From Tegillarca granosa (Eukaryota): DNA of 64,000 bases. A program made the position numbers and the translations under genes. The stretch lies in assembly GCA_029721355.1 (NCBI GenBank), contig CM056607.1:8275309-8339308 (forward strand), written 5' to 3'. Position 1 is the stretch's first letter; each line of letters starts with the position of its first letter. Shown piece after piece: positions 37,762 through 52,110 of this stretch. The notes below the pieces were generated by a model that ran no database searches, was not told where the DNA came from, and was given only the letters and a program-made list of their open reading frames with translations.

Positions 37762-38895
37762 CATTTTTAGCTCACCTGAGCACTCAAGTGAGCTATAGCG
37801 ATGGGTTATTGTGCATCGTGCAATCTTAATCAAACATTTTCAGAATGATCTTCTTGACAAAAGCAAGCTCAAATTCATATATGGGCCATGTTGGGTCAAT
37901 AAGTAGGTCACTGTCAAATTGTAGAAAAACCTTGTTAACACTACTGAGGCCCCAATTTTAGTCCAATCTTCATCAAACTTTCTCAGAATGATCTTCTTGA
38001 CATAAGCTAGCTCATGTTCGTATATGGGCCATGTTATTCAATAAGTAGGTCGCTAGGTGAAATTGTAGAAAAACTTTGTTAACACTCCTGAGGCCCAAAC
38101 TTTCGCCCAATTTTCATCAAACTTGCTCAGAATGATCCTCTTGACAAAAGCTAGCTCCATTTGGTATATGGGCCATGTTGGGTCAATAAGTAGGTCACTA
38201 AGTCAAATTTTAGAAAAACCTTGTTAACACTTCTGAGGCCCCAATTTTAGTTCAGTCTTTTTCAAACTTCGTCAGAATGATCTTCTTGACAAAAGCTAGG
38301 TCAACTTCGTATATGGGCCATGTTGGGTCAATAAGTAGGTCACTAGGTCAAAATGTAAGAAAACCTTGTTAACACTCCTGAGGTTCAAATTTTAATCCAA
38401 TTATCATCAAAGTTAGCCAGAATGATCCTCCTGACAAAAGCTAGCTTAAGTTCGTATATGGGCCATTTTGGGTTTATAAGTAGGTCACTAGGTCAAATTG
38501 TTAAAAAAAAAACCTTGTTAACACTCCTGAGGCCCCAAATTTAGTCCAATCTTCATCAAACTTGGTAAGAATGATCCTCTTGACAAAAGCTAGCTCGGGT
38601 TCGTATATGGGCTATGTTGGGTCAATAAGTAGGTCACTAGGTCAAATTATATAAAAACCTTGTTAACACATATGAGGGATCAATTTTAGACCAATCTTAT
38701 CAAATTGGCTTAGAATGATCCTCCTGACAAAAGCTAGCTTAAGTTCGTATATGGGTCATGTTTGGTCAATAAGTAGGTCACTAGCTCGAAATATAGGAAA
38801 AATCTCCTTTAAGAATAGAAGCTCCAGTTTGCTAAAATCAAGCTGAGTGTACATCATTTCAGGTGAGCGTCCAGGGCCTTCATGGCCCTCTTGTT
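37762..38895. mobile_element. MITE-like element (copy B) of the same family as 1391-2869 but in opposite orientation, carrying an internal 143-144-bp satellite
   Basis: Left end tttttagctcacctgagc is the reverse complement of the copy A right end. Right end ttcaggtgagcgtccagggccttcatggccctctt is the reverse complement of the copy A left end. Confidence 0.65.
37800..38800. repeat. Satellite-like tandem array, 143-144-bp unit x ~7, inside MITE copy B. Its sequence is unrelated, or only distantly related, to the array in copy A.
   Basis: tatatgggccatgttgggtcaataagtaggtcac recurs at 37878, 38021, 38165 and onward. Confidence 0.85.
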
Positions 38896-39885
38896 CTATA
38901 TAAAAATTGGCATGATTTTCTGAGAGGTTAAAGACCATTTATACCACATTATTTCCTATCAAAGCACTTGCTAATGTCAGGTTTTATCAACATTTAACTC
39001 CATCATATCACTTTTATCAAAAATTAGCATGTATTCAATTTAATTTGTATTTAATATAAATTTGGATTTTAACAGACAATATCAGACTGCTAAAAGACAT
39101 TCTTTGTCTTAGATGTTTTTAAGTGTTTTTGCGTGGTTTTGTTCATAAATATACATGGTTGCTATGGTAATTAAAACAGGGTACATGGCTGCTATGGGAC
39201 AATAATCTTTTGACATCGTAATATATATTATAATATACATTTGTATTATATAATATAAATATCACTTATTTTATAGAACTAGTGACATCTATCGAGTCTT
39301 AGACATTTTACATGGTTTTAAGGGACTACTCTGGACCTTGATCTTTCCGGTTTAAATCCTCAAAAGTGAATTTTTTCAGTTCTCTAGATTAAAGTAACAA
39401 GAAGAATCATCGATCATTTTCCATTCGAAAAATTTCGATGGATTGTCAATAACTAGAAAAATCAATTACAAGTGTATATAAAAGAAAATAATAACTCGGG
39501 ATATGTATATTTTAAAGGTTCATTGTTTTCATCTACCATGCAGTATTAATGATTGTCCGTAAAATTTATATGCTCTTGATCAATACACCGACAATGATAG
39601 AACTTAATAGAACGGACTATAAATCGTTAATGATGTATGCGACCTGACTATTGCAATCTCATTTGCATATATTGACCTACTGATATTAATATCGGTCACG
39701 ATTCAGTACAATTACCGTACATACAATTTATTCCAATGCCACAGTAACAGGCGAACTTCGTTCACACTCCCTTAAATTTAAAGTTAAAAATGTACAGAAA
39801 ATCATTAAATCAACGACATTTAGAATTTAAATGTTTTCGCCGATTAAATTATTTTAATGTAGGCCTATGTTATTAAAAAACAAAT

Positions 39886-39920
<35 letters not shown>

Positions 39921-39922
39921 GT
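39886..39922. repeat. (ATT)n microsatellite
   Basis: Direct reading. Confidence 0.9.
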
Positions 39923-42900
39923 AGAATTTTAAAAATTGCTTGTTTAAATTTTAAACTTAGTATTCAGAAAAAAAATTGTTAGAGCCGGCAACATGTTGAA
40001 AATATATTATATTGGCACATATAGGCTATCACTAAATTTTTTATATCACTAAATATTCAGTAATATGACAAATAAATTAGAGATATCACCATTTTGATTG
40101 TATGATTTAAATGAACTCCATTGAATCAATTTTGATTTCGTGATATCATTAAAATCAATGTGATATCATTAGAATCTATTTGAGTGATGTAAACGAATGC
40201 TAGTGAAAATTACTGATATTTAATCAAATTCCGTTCCTAGTGATATCAATGCTAAGATATCATTTCAAGGAATTTTTATATATCATGCACGAAAAAAAAA
40301 GTTGATTTACTGCTTTAACTAAATAAAATTAAAAATAATAATCGATTTAGATATATTATTATTTTTTAATTGTGGTACAAAAAATATTGTATATGAAAAG
40401 TGACATAGCATTTCATTGTCCAAAAAAGTCGGATTTGAACGAAACTTGAATCCAGGATCATCTCAAAGTTATATATTTCAGCATCTTGTGACATCTGATC
40501 CAGGATCATCTCAAAGTTATATATTTCAGCATCTGGTGACAAAACTCATAATTTTAAGACTTGTAAACATTTTATCAAAATAAATAAATACAATGTAAAT
40601 AAATAAATAAATAAAAATAAGTTCAAAAACTATGGTAGTATACGATGTAAAAAAGTACGTTTTAACATTGACATAACTATTGACCATGTGTAGCTGTTGG
40701 ACAAAGAGTTTAAATCTGAAACTATTCGGTGTTGTCTGACCAATACCTTGTATGTACATTCAGTCGCACAAAACAGGTATAAAACAGATGTTACACGACA
40801 CAATGTGAGGCATGTTTCATATACTATAATCGCATTGCAAAGTATGGAACTAACATTGACCTGGATGTGAACTCTATATATATTCAATAAATTGTCGTAA
40901 TAAATCTAACGATTTCAATATAAAAGTTCATGTACAAGTAATAGTGAAGTATGTAGTAGGATTACCAGTGTTTTACTCTATCTAACTAAGCCATAGGGTT
41001 ATAAATTTGTCAAGAAATCGTGATATATTTCGGATTTTATAAAGTTTTCTAAAACATCTTACACTGGTTACCATCCATAAAACATTAACTAATGGCACGC
41101 AGTCTATAAAATGTGAAAGTGAAAATCTATCAATGAGATAATTTAATTTTAAATGTTTTTTTTTTTCCAATGTGCATGATAAATACACTTTTAGGAAAAA
41201 AAACAACATTGAGTTGATAGCTTTGAAACTACTTAAAAGAATGTATTTTTATTTACTGGAAACCATTAAATTAAGCTAAAACAATAAATAGTCGGGTTTT
41301 ATATATTCATTGGTATTGATCTGTATCATGTTATGTTTCTCCCTTATTTAATTTATATAGTAACGTCATATTTGCTGCTATGGTTGTTGCCAAGCATACA
41401 AGCATACATTTTTGAGCCACCAATTTGTGTTCATGTTCAATGTAATTAGTTTATGGCGACATGGCTAGTATTTGTCCAATAGACCGGTGCCAGTTTAAAA
41501 GTCGGAAGCTTTCACCAGTGGTTGTAAAAACAAAAAAAAAAGTACATATTGTTCTGTGTTGCTTTCTGAACATATTTTATTCGTTTTTACCGCCATGCCA
41601 TTAAAATACGTCATTTAGCTATATTGCGAAGGAAATGGAGAGGCTGTTCCAGAAGTTCTATAACTGGCTTTACCATTTCGTACTTGGTGTGCTTGAAGGA
41701 GCTTTTGTACTAGTTTGAAGGGTGTATAAAGGAATCACTACGTCTGTCTGTCCGTCTGTTTGAGTATTATTGTATCCGCTCCAAAACGTTCACATCATGA
41801 TGATGGATTTTGATCAAACTTGGCACATATGTATAATAACAATGTTGTCAACATGAGACAACGTGTCCCTTACAACGTTTAGACGTGTAGGTCAAATGGA
41901 GATGTTGGGGTAGGTGTATTTGGCACTCAAAAACCGTTTTAATCGTTTATGGACGGCAAATCATGGGTTAGCAGATGCCGTGCATGTTTATATTATTGCA
42001 TACTATTCCTAGTCAATTTCAAGCAGAAAAATGACCTTTTTTCTCTCCAGTACATATTTACAGCATAACATCAGGAATATTTTTCTGATACTCACCAGTT
42101 AAAAACAAAAATATCATGTTTTCGTAATCTTTATGGATAACACATGATATGGCTTATATTTAATGTTCAGAGACAGACTCAAATGTCTACCAAAATATTT
42201 CTGTGCTTGTCCTATGCGTTATAAGCTGATAAAAACTATTAGGTGTTTCTTTAGAATCTCTCACTAAGAGACTGTGCCACTGCCTCCTGTAACACTACAA
42301 CTAAGGCGTGGTAATTTAAATGGTTACTTTTATTTGGATGATAAAACAAACTAGTATACAAATTGTTCACAAATGATATTCTGTAATGCGCACTCTCTCT
42401 GGCTAATGGGTGATCCCTATTAGTTACTTCCAGTGGGTAATCCCGTTCTGCACAGTCCAGAGGGTAATCCCTATCTGACTCTCTCATTCAAAACTCTCTC
42501 ATTTATAACTAACGAACATGTGCTGTACTAAGTTTCTTTCATCCTTAAATTTGATATGCAGGCCAAATTAGGTCTTAGCTGACCAGTCCAAATGCATGTT
42601 AATTTTGGGAGTATCATTTCTAATTACCAGCACATGATGTGTTGCATAACTTGCATATATGCAATCTCGGGATTAATTATCTACACAGCATGTACAGATA
42701 AGTAGAATCTGATATTGTTCTTATCTAGATTAGTATAATCTCCAAAAATTTCTGAATCATGTTTTCCCAAATATTGTTACACTCCAGTTGGCATAAAAAC
42801 AGAGGTCAGAGTTGATAAACCTTGCTACATTTTAAAATTAATTGTTCTCTGTCACGATGTCTGTTATTGTAGTTTTTGTATTATTGCTTTGCAAATAAAC

Positions 42901-43561
42901 ATACATTCATATTTAATTTTATGGCTCACTCATTATAAAAACATTTGGAATGGTTTGTGAAATAGTATTATTAACAAAAACACCACTAGAAAATTACTCC
43001 AGTGTCCATCTCAAGTCGGGAATTTTATAATCAGTTGTCCATATATATACGTTTGCCATTTCTTGTCTTGTTTGGCTGTTTCTATAATTGTGTTTTTGGT
43101 TGTGTTGTTTGATGCTGAGTTCATTTTTTTCGTTGCACATTTTGTTCTTTTATTTTAAATAACACATATTTTAACACAAAATATCAATAACCTCGAAGCT
43201 TACTCATAGCCTTTTGTCGGATGAGCTACGGAGTAATACCTTCATCAATACAAGTCATTTATTTTGGATAGCTTCCAAAACTAGACATTTATTATTCATT
43301 AACAAGTCTTTGGTTTTATTGTCCGTTATTGTACAATATCCGTTATAAATAATGTCTGTGGTTTAAATTACTGCACACATGCTGAGGTTATTTTGGGTGA
43401 ATTTCAATTTAATATCACTTTACCGTATTTTCTCAAACAAGAGAAAAGTGAGCAAGCTCAGGTGCCCCTCCCTAATTTGCACAGATGCCCTCATTGTGGT
43501 TACCGATGTAGCACTTTTTAAAATTTTTATGACTAATACGTTCAAAAATTTCCTTTTAAGG

Positions 43562-43672
43562 CACAGGCACTTGTTTCTATCAATAATGGGAGAACGTAAT
43601 ATATGCCAGAAAAGATTCTTATTTCTGGCATATATTACGTTCTCCCATTATTGATAGAAGCAAGTGCCTGTG
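43562..43672. repeat. Near-perfect hairpin (51-bp arms, 1 mismatch, about 9-nt loop) immediately 5' of a tRNA-like SINE head
   Basis: cacaggcacttgtttctatcaataatgggagaacgtaatatatgccagaaa / agattctta / tttctggcatatattacgttctcccattattgatagaagcaagtgcctgtg. Then gtctgggtagctcaaatgatagatcactg...agtttcgatcctcagtccgacc (tRNA-like) at 43671-43745. Confidence 0.85.
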
Positions 43673-43859
43673 GTCTGGGTAGCTCAAATGATAGATCACT
43701 GTCTATAATTCGGCAGATCTCAGTTTCGATCCTCAGTCCGACCCTGCATTTTTCTCCTTGTTACAAATGTATTAGTTGTATAAATTCAAGAGGTGTTATA
43801 GGATAAAAACACTATTAAAAAGTATTGTATATTTCAGTAATATCCATTTCAATTGTGCA

Positions 43860-44210
43860 TCTTTGTTCATAGAGTTGAGTTGAGTAATGGTGTTTAACGT
43901 CCCAGTCAAGAATATTTCACTTATATTGAGACATCACCAGCTATAGGCGAAAGTGCAGAAATTTTGCCTGTGCATTGCACTGATGGCATTATACAACAGG
44001 GTTCTTAATCCTGCCACTACTACCATGACATGGGACCTTGTTCATTTTAAGTTCCCATCCGAAAGAAAGAACCGTGAATTTCATTTCGTAATGCTGAGTG
44101 CTTGGTGAAAAAACAGTCACTACATGTTTTCAAGTCTTGGGTCAGACCCTATTGGGGTTGGAACCCACGACCTTCCACTTAACTTTGTTCATAGAAATGT
44201 AGGAGAGAGT
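43860..44210 (-). mobile_element. tRNA-derived SINE copy, same family as 24640-25010
   Basis: Shared blocks with the 24640-25010 copy (see above). Confidence 0.6.
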
Positions 44211-47200
44211 GCACTAATGATACAAAATAAACTGTATAAGGTTTGACCTGTTGACCTTGTCGTTCAAACTTCTAAACAAACATATATATATATGTATTTA
44301 TATCAATAAAATCAATGTAGAAATATAGGGAGATAGGAAGTGGACACAGTAGTATTATGAGACTGATGAACAAGGCAAAAACATGATACACTCCATCACT
44401 TCATTGTAGAAAGGGTTTAAGTTTGCTTTGCTTGCTAGAACACAAAAATAAAGACTGGAAAGTATTGTTTTACCAGCATTAACTACACTATAACAAACCA
44501 AACCAATGGGTTACCACTTAAACTTGAAAGAAACTTAAAATTAAAGTGCATTACCGTTAGTGTGATCCAACAAAGTATAAAGAAAAAGAAATAATTTTTG
44601 GTACTTCTTCAATGCATTTATTCAAAATTACAAAAATACACTGTACAGCACTGTAATAATAATAATAATAATATTAATAATAATAATAACAACAAATCCT
44701 TAATAAAGATGTAAATCAACAAACATTATATTCCAAACATTTTTAAAGAAAAACTTTAATTTCCTTTTTTTTTTTTTTTTTTTTTTTTGGATTTCTGCTT
44801 CTAATTACTGCAGGTCTTTCATTCTAAATTTGGCAAAAGTTAACCCTATTAGCTGAAAGAAAATACCTTGCTGATTCCTAGAGCTTTAAAAACAACCAAG
44901 TACATGCTGTAAGTACATAAACTCTATATCAAAAGGCACAGGCACATAGTTATAGCAAAGCTATAAAAACGTTTACAAGTTTTCTCTTCAAAGATACATA
45001 ATACATATATATTTGCTTTCTGACATGAAAATAAGAGCATTTTTCATAAAAAAGATGCAAAATTTTGAATTTTTTTTTCATGTTTCTTTATCAACACAAA
45101 ATAAAAATTTCCCATGTGTATCTACGGTAATTAAACAATTCATAAGTCTCAATTTTGTAATTTTTAACCTAAATTAACCCAGAGTTTTTTTTTTTTTTGT
45201 TTTTTTTTTTTATAAATCTTTATAACACTTTTATTGAAAGGTACACTTGAAGCTCACAAGTGTTTTCCAACTGAGAAAGTAAATGAAAACTTATGGCGAG
45301 GGTACAGTAACTCTCTGGGATTTAATTTAACTTTTATACTATAATCTTTAATCGTGACAGTTTATAATAATACATAAAAATATATAAATTTAAATATGGA
45401 TATTTACATAACACTGTACATGCATCTAAATTCAGATCAATTTAACAAACAGAACTAGGACAAAAGGCCTGTGTGGCTCATCTGGCAAAGATCAATGATT
45501 AAGTAATTTCAGACATTTATATTAAAATTTAAAACCGTTTTGAATATCAACCAAATACAATTTTTTTTTACAATACAATAATTTTTTATAAGCTGATGTT
45601 TTGAATTGTATACCTTGAATTCCTAATAACTCAGTAGAATTTGAGTCCAATGCATTGCAGGTCAAGAAAGTTTGGCATTGGTACATAACAAATGCTGGTT
45701 TTTTCAAATGAAAAAAGTTCCAATAGCAAATTTAAATATCTATTACATAATTGTATTTCAACCAATGTTGTGAACAAGGATTTTTTAAAAATTTATTTCA
45801 GTGGGTTTTTTTTTTAAAGAAACTGTATTTTAATACCTGTATATTCTCATACATTTTTTCTCGTCTTTGGGACAGGGTAATGTCAAATTTAAAAGGTGCA
45901 ATACTGTTATTTTTTCAAATTGACAATACTTTAAATTTTTGGATAATTAATTAATTAAAGCGTGAATATATGCTTTATCAAATCACAAGTGTTTACAAGT
46001 TAAAATACAATAAACATGAACAAAAATACATAAATCTCATTGTAATTTTATGTTAAGTTACCTCTCTTTTCAAGAGTTCTTTCCCCTAACATGGCATGTA
46101 AAATACATGAAATCTCACTCTATCAAAAGATTACTAAAAAATGTATGTGTAATTTTATATATCTAGTAAGATTAATTATTGTATCCCAAAACACCATGAA
46201 GTACATTTGTATTTATTATAAAATAATACTAACAGTCAGAAGTAATTTGGATCTGTTTTACTTTAACACAAATTTAAATAAAAAATACCTATAAAAGACA
46301 GTGTATCATAAAACTTAATGTTTTTAAATAAGATAAAATATTAACATCAATACTAACAATGTTATGACTCGATTCAAGTATTTTGAGATGAATGTTTTCA
46401 TCAGAACTTACACAATTCATAGGTATTTTTGAGAGGTATTTAAACACTACATAACAGATTTGAATAAAAGAGTAAATTTCATGTTCTATTCACTTTATAG
46501 ATACAGAATTTTCATCAAGAAATAGAATTTTCTTCAAGAAAAAAAATTCTTGAACTTAAAAAACATTCTGAACAGTGTGTAAAATTGGACTAAAATTTTA
46601 ACCTAAATTTTAGTGGACCGCTTTTAATAAACGACTATATGAACTGGTTAAAATGAACCCTTTCCCAGAGTTTTACCACATCAGTTACCAGTAAAAAATA
46701 TTTTATTTTGACCGATTTTCAAAGCCATAAATAAAACAATTGCTGTAAAATTCTTAACATTTTTGACACCAGGCCAAAATTAAATACTGTACTGTATTTC
46801 AATAATTTTTTTCACAATAAAAAAAATTCAAAACAAACAAAACCAAGTCTATCATTGGCTCAGTTTTCAAAAACAAAAACATTGACCAAAAAGCAGACTA
46901 AAATTGAAATCTTGCAAGCAAAACAGTAAAATTAAAAACCTAAACTTATAATGCTTTTACTGAGTAAGTTTACTATGTATAATACTGTACTTAAATCTGC
47001 AAAAAGCAATGATAAAAATAAAATAATACTGGTACAAGTATTAACCAAAATTTAAATATAAAATTTAACACATTTTGTTTTTATTAAGTCACACTTGACT
47101 ACTTCATTTTTAAACTTAAATTTTAAAATTAAACATACTTGTTTTCTTCTTTTATATACCGGTATTTCAATTTTTAAATTCTTAAATTACAGACTTTTGA

Positions 47201-49157
47201 CAGCTGAAATCATAATCTGTTTGCATGGTTAAATTTTCACTCTCTTTAGTTCTTAAAATTTCAAGTTCAATCCTTTTAAAGTCTTGCTATGCTAATTTCA
47301 CAATTACATAAACATAAATAATCACATAATACAGAACTTTAGTTTTATTTTTGAATGAAAATAAAAGAGCAATCTTTAAAACTGTCAGTTGATATCTGAT
47401 AACCTTGGCGGATTTCAAAAGATACTAGTTAACAAGAACCACAATACATACGTCTGTTGGGATTCTCCGTACTTTACACTTAACTGTCAAAAGTGTAGTT
47501 TTTATCAATATGACATTATAACATTTTTAGAAGATATAAAACGGACAAAAAGATGCCAAATATAGACTTAATATTCTGTAAAAGTTAAAATTATCTCAAA
47601 ATCATCACACTGACAACTTGCTTTATATTCATGAGATAGAAAAACAAGGCTTTTGTTTGCTGGTTTACATTAAACTAAACAAATAAATAATATGGTGTTA
47701 AAACAATACATGTACAGGTATTCTATATAGTTATCTCTCATCAGAGTTCAAAATCATTTATAAAGCTCTAGTTTTTAGATCACCATATACTTTTTTATAA
47801 GATCACAATCTGATCATGACAACATCATCCACACTGCTATCAACATAGTCCATGATCACTTAAACATGTCTATTTCCTCAAAACAGAGACCCTGTTTCAT
47901 GATTCTTTATTAATATAACACTTCATTCTCATTCCAACGTAAGTTCTTATTCCATCATTACTGACACTCATTCTCACATAAATACAGCATTCATTCCATG
48001 ATAACAAAATACATCATTCAAAAACAAAATACAGCACTTGTGACCAGTTCAAAACTTATTCTCTTGTATGTTCGATTTCCATCATTACAACAGTAGAATT
48101 CTGAATTATCAGTAAATATTATAGCCATAACACAACCACTATAATATTAAATGATAATAATAGCACTAGTTTTCTGAAAATTTATCTACATGTATATCAA
48201 ACAACATCAAATGACACAGTTACTGGGAAAACCCATAAACCCATCCCAGTAACTAACACTGATATTCTGTACATTTTGTGCGTTTTGAAGGGTAAGGAAT
48301 TCAATGACTCTGCATAGATTCTTATTATAAAAGCTAAGGTTGATAAGCCCTTTCTTGTTGTCTTTCTAGTATGAAGTCTTTTCCTTACAGAAAACTAAGT
48401 GTATCCATGCAAATGATCACCAGCAATGTCTTAACACATTTAAATCACCGCTAAGAGATTTAGATTTTAACAGAACTTCTAGAGAAATGTTTTTTTTATA
48501 AATTTTAATTATAAATGACTATTTGCAGAACAAATTCTTATTACCAAGCAAAATTTTTATGCTTTATGTAATTTCTGGTAAATACTGTTGAATAGGTAAT
48601 TTGCATTGGCAACCATATTAACCCTGATAAACAATCCCAAAAGCAGTAAAGAAAATGCAAAACTTTTTGCCAAATCTTTGATACAACACACTGGATTTTG
48701 TATAAATACAAAATGTCAAAATCAAATTATCAATATGATTAATGAATGATAGCAAGTGTTACCATAGCAACAAGCAGCTGATTGAGTGAAAATCTTGAAT
48801 CAATATCAAAACAAAGTTCTAGAAATTCAAAAATTTGATTAAGATATCACACAATATGAAATAACTACTAGGAATTTAATTTTTTTTAGGTTTCTAATCC
48901 AAAAATAAAATTACAAGAGGGCAGCAAATAGCTGGCTTGTATGGATGCATTATTTTATAGAAGTTGTCATAAACTTAACATTGGATTCATATGCCAGTGA
49001 TATGGCAATAACACCTTGTAGTTGATGAAGACAAGTTAAAATCAACATTATCAAATCAAACCAGAAATTTGGTGCATTTATAAATGTTAATACGTTGTAA
49101 TGGGATCATTGTCAATTTTACCTATTTACGGAGATTCTTTGGCAAAGTTAATCACAT

Positions 49158-49326
49158 TTAAATTGAAAATGGATGGTATTTGAGATATTCCTTCAAGCGG
49201 ATTGGAAGGTGGAGATGATCGATACATGTTGAATCCAGACACTTCCGAATTGCCATTCTGCTAAAATGCTGTAGAGAAGGAACCTTTTGTCTTGGGTTGT
49301 AAAACTTAACATCACCATTACGATCC
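49158..49326 (-). CDS. WSB1: WSB1 homolog last coding exon (SOCS box), (G)DRNGDVKFYNPRQKVPSLQHFSRMAIRKCLDSTCIDHLHLPIRLKEYLKYHPFSI*
   Basis: Anchored to ORF 49158..49355. Acceptor ctcacag. Matches the human WSB1 C-terminus (RQVPSLQHLCRMSIRR...LPIPSKLLEFLSY). Confidence 0.85.
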
Positions 49327-49889
49327 CTGTGAGAGAAAAAATAACAAACAGTCACTTTATTAATCCTAAAAAAAATTGTAATAAATTACATATAAAGTTG
49401 TCTGCTGAGTAAACTAATTTTGTACAGTTTCAGTCATGATTAGAAGACATAATTTGTGTTTATATATTGATAGACCACAGACAATAGTTTTATATCACAT
49501 TTGCTACACATTTTTTTATATTATATTTGCTAGCACATTTGCTACACATCTTTGTTTTTACCACATTTGCTTGTACATTTCCTACAACTTTTTGTCTGAC
49601 TCATATAAAATTCTGTTTTAAAAACGGATTAGATACTTGTTTTTATCATAATTTTACAATACAAAATCAATCTTCCTGATATTTTTTTTACCAAATTTGT
49701 TTTACTATGTCAAATAAAATTTGAACATAACATCCAATTTATTTTTTTCATTTGGAAGACATTTTAAATCTTTATGCAATAAGTATGTCAATAAGTGAAA
49801 TAATAAGTAACAAATGGGTAATATAAGAATATTTTAAACTACTTTTTGCTTTGTCTCATTCATAAATATGTCTATTGTGATAAACTGAC

Positions 49890-50290
49890 ACTCCATTTCG
49901 TTGATCAGAATATGACACAGGACAGATTGACTGACACTCCACTATACCAGTATATGATCACAGGACAGATTGACTGACATTCCAGTTTGTATACCAGTAA
50001 ATGATCACAGGACAAACTGACTGACACTCCACTATACCAGTATATGATCATGAGACAGACTTACTGACACTCCACTATACCAGTATATGTTCACAGGGCA
50101 GACAGACAGATTCAGTTTGTATACCAGTATATGATCACAGGACAAACTGACTGACACTACTATACCAGTATATGATCACAGAACAGACTGACAGACACTC
50201 CACTATACCAGTATATGATCATGAGATGGACTTACTGACACTCCATTTTGTTGATCAGTACATGTATATGATCACAGGACAGACTGACTG
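49890..50290. repeat. Degenerate, longer-unit (~55-60 bp) tandem repeats ancestral to the adjacent 45-bp array, in a WSB1 intron
   Basis: Units such as gatcacaggacagattgactgacactccactataccagtatat grade into the 45-bp unit. Confidence 0.75.
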
Positions 50291-52110
50291 ACACTCCAGT
50301 TTGTTGATCAGTATATGATCACAAACATTCTATTGACAATCGAGTCACAGAATAGACCGACTGACACTCCACTATACCAGTATACAATCACAGGACAGAG
50401 ACTGACACTCCAGTTTGTTGATCAGTATATGATCACAAACATACTACTGACACTCCAGTTTGTTGATCAGTATATGATCACAAACACTCAACTGAGACTC
50501 CAGTTGATCAGTATAAGATCACAAACATTCTACTTAGACTCCAGTTTGTTGATCAGTATATGATCACAAACATTCTACTGACACTCCAGTTTGTTGATCA
50601 GTATATGATCACAAACATTTTACTGACACTCCAGTTTGTTGATCAGTATATGATCACAAACATTCTACTGAGACTCCAGTTTGTTGATCAGTATATGATC
50701 ACAAACACTCTACTGACACTTCAGTTTGTTGATCAGTTTATGATCACAAACACTCTACTGAGACTCCAGTTGATCAGTATAAGATCACAAACATTCTACT
50801 TAGACTCCAGTTTGTTGATCAGTATATGATCACAAACATTCTACTGACACTCCAGTTTGTTGATCAGTATATGATCACAAACATTTTACTGACACTCCAG
50901 TTTGTTGATCAGTATATGATCACAAACATTCTACTGACACTCCAGTTTGTTGATCAGTATATGATCACAAACACTCTACTGACACTTCAGTTTGTTGATC
51001 AGTATATGATCACAAACACTCTACTTAGACTCCAGTTTGTTGATCAGTATATGATCACAAACATTCTACTCATACACCAGTTTGTTGATCAGTATATGAT
51101 CACAAATACTCTACTGACACTCCAGTTTGTTGATCAGTATATGATCACAAACATTCTACTTAGACTCCAGTTTGTTGATCAGTATATGATCACAAACACT
51201 CTACTGACACTCCAGTTTGTTGATCAGTATATGATCACAATCACTCTACTGACACTCCAGTTTGTTGATCAGTATATGATCACAAACACTCTACTGACAC
51301 TTCAGTTTGTTGATCAGTATATGATCACAAACACTCTACTTAGACTCCAATTTGTTGATCAGTATATGATCACAAACACTCTACTGACACTCCAGTTTGT
51401 TGATTAGTATATGATCACAAACACTCTACTAAGACTCCAGTTTGTTGATCAGTATATGATCACAAACACTCAACTTAGACTCTAGTTTGTTGATCAGTAT
51501 ATGATCACAATCACTCTACTGACACTCCAGTTTGTTGATCAGTATATGATCACAAACATTCTACTGAGACTCCAGTTTGTTGATCAGTATATGATCACAA
51601 ACACTCTACTTAGACTCCAGTTTGTTGATCAGTATATGATCACAAACATTCTACTTAGACTCCAGTTTGTTGATCAGTATATGATCACAAACATTCTACT
51701 GACACTCCAGTTTGTTGATTAGTATATGATCACAAACACTCTACTTAGACTCCAGTTTGTTGATCAGTATATGATCACAAACACTCTACTGACACTCCAG
51801 TTTGTTGATCAGTATATGATCACAAACATTCTACTGACACTCCAGTTTGTTGATTAGTATATGATCACAAACACTCTACTTAGACTCCAGTTTGTTGATC
51901 AGTATATGATCACAAACACTCTACTTAGACTCCAGTTTGTTGATCAGTATATGATCACAATCACTCTACTGACACTCCAGTTTGTTGATCAGTATATGAT
52001 CACAAACATTCTACTTAGACTCCAGTTTGTTGATCAGTATATGATCACAAACACTCTACTTAGACTCCAGTTTGTTGATCAGTATATGATCACAAACATT
52101 CTATCAAAAA
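50290..52110. repeat. Homogenised 45-bp minisatellite x ~40 (gatcagtatatgatcacaaacattctactgacactccagtttgtt) in a WSB1 intron
   Basis: gatcagtata recurs at 50551, 50596 and onward with period 45. Because 45 = 15 codons, it creates the repetitive MITNILLTLQFVDQY ORFs in the track. Confidence 0.95.

Noticed and set aside
41440-42000. CpG-containing, relatively GC-richer block with short ORFs (MERLFQKFYNWLYHFVLGVLEGAFVLV)
   Set aside because: There is no splice signals or recognisable protein similarity. It is probably a TE remnant or unmethylated island. I cannot support a gene call.
42251-42487. Minus-strand ORF with RDYPL repeats
   Set aside because: Translation of a short tandem gggtaatccc / gggtgatccc repeat at 42400-42480.
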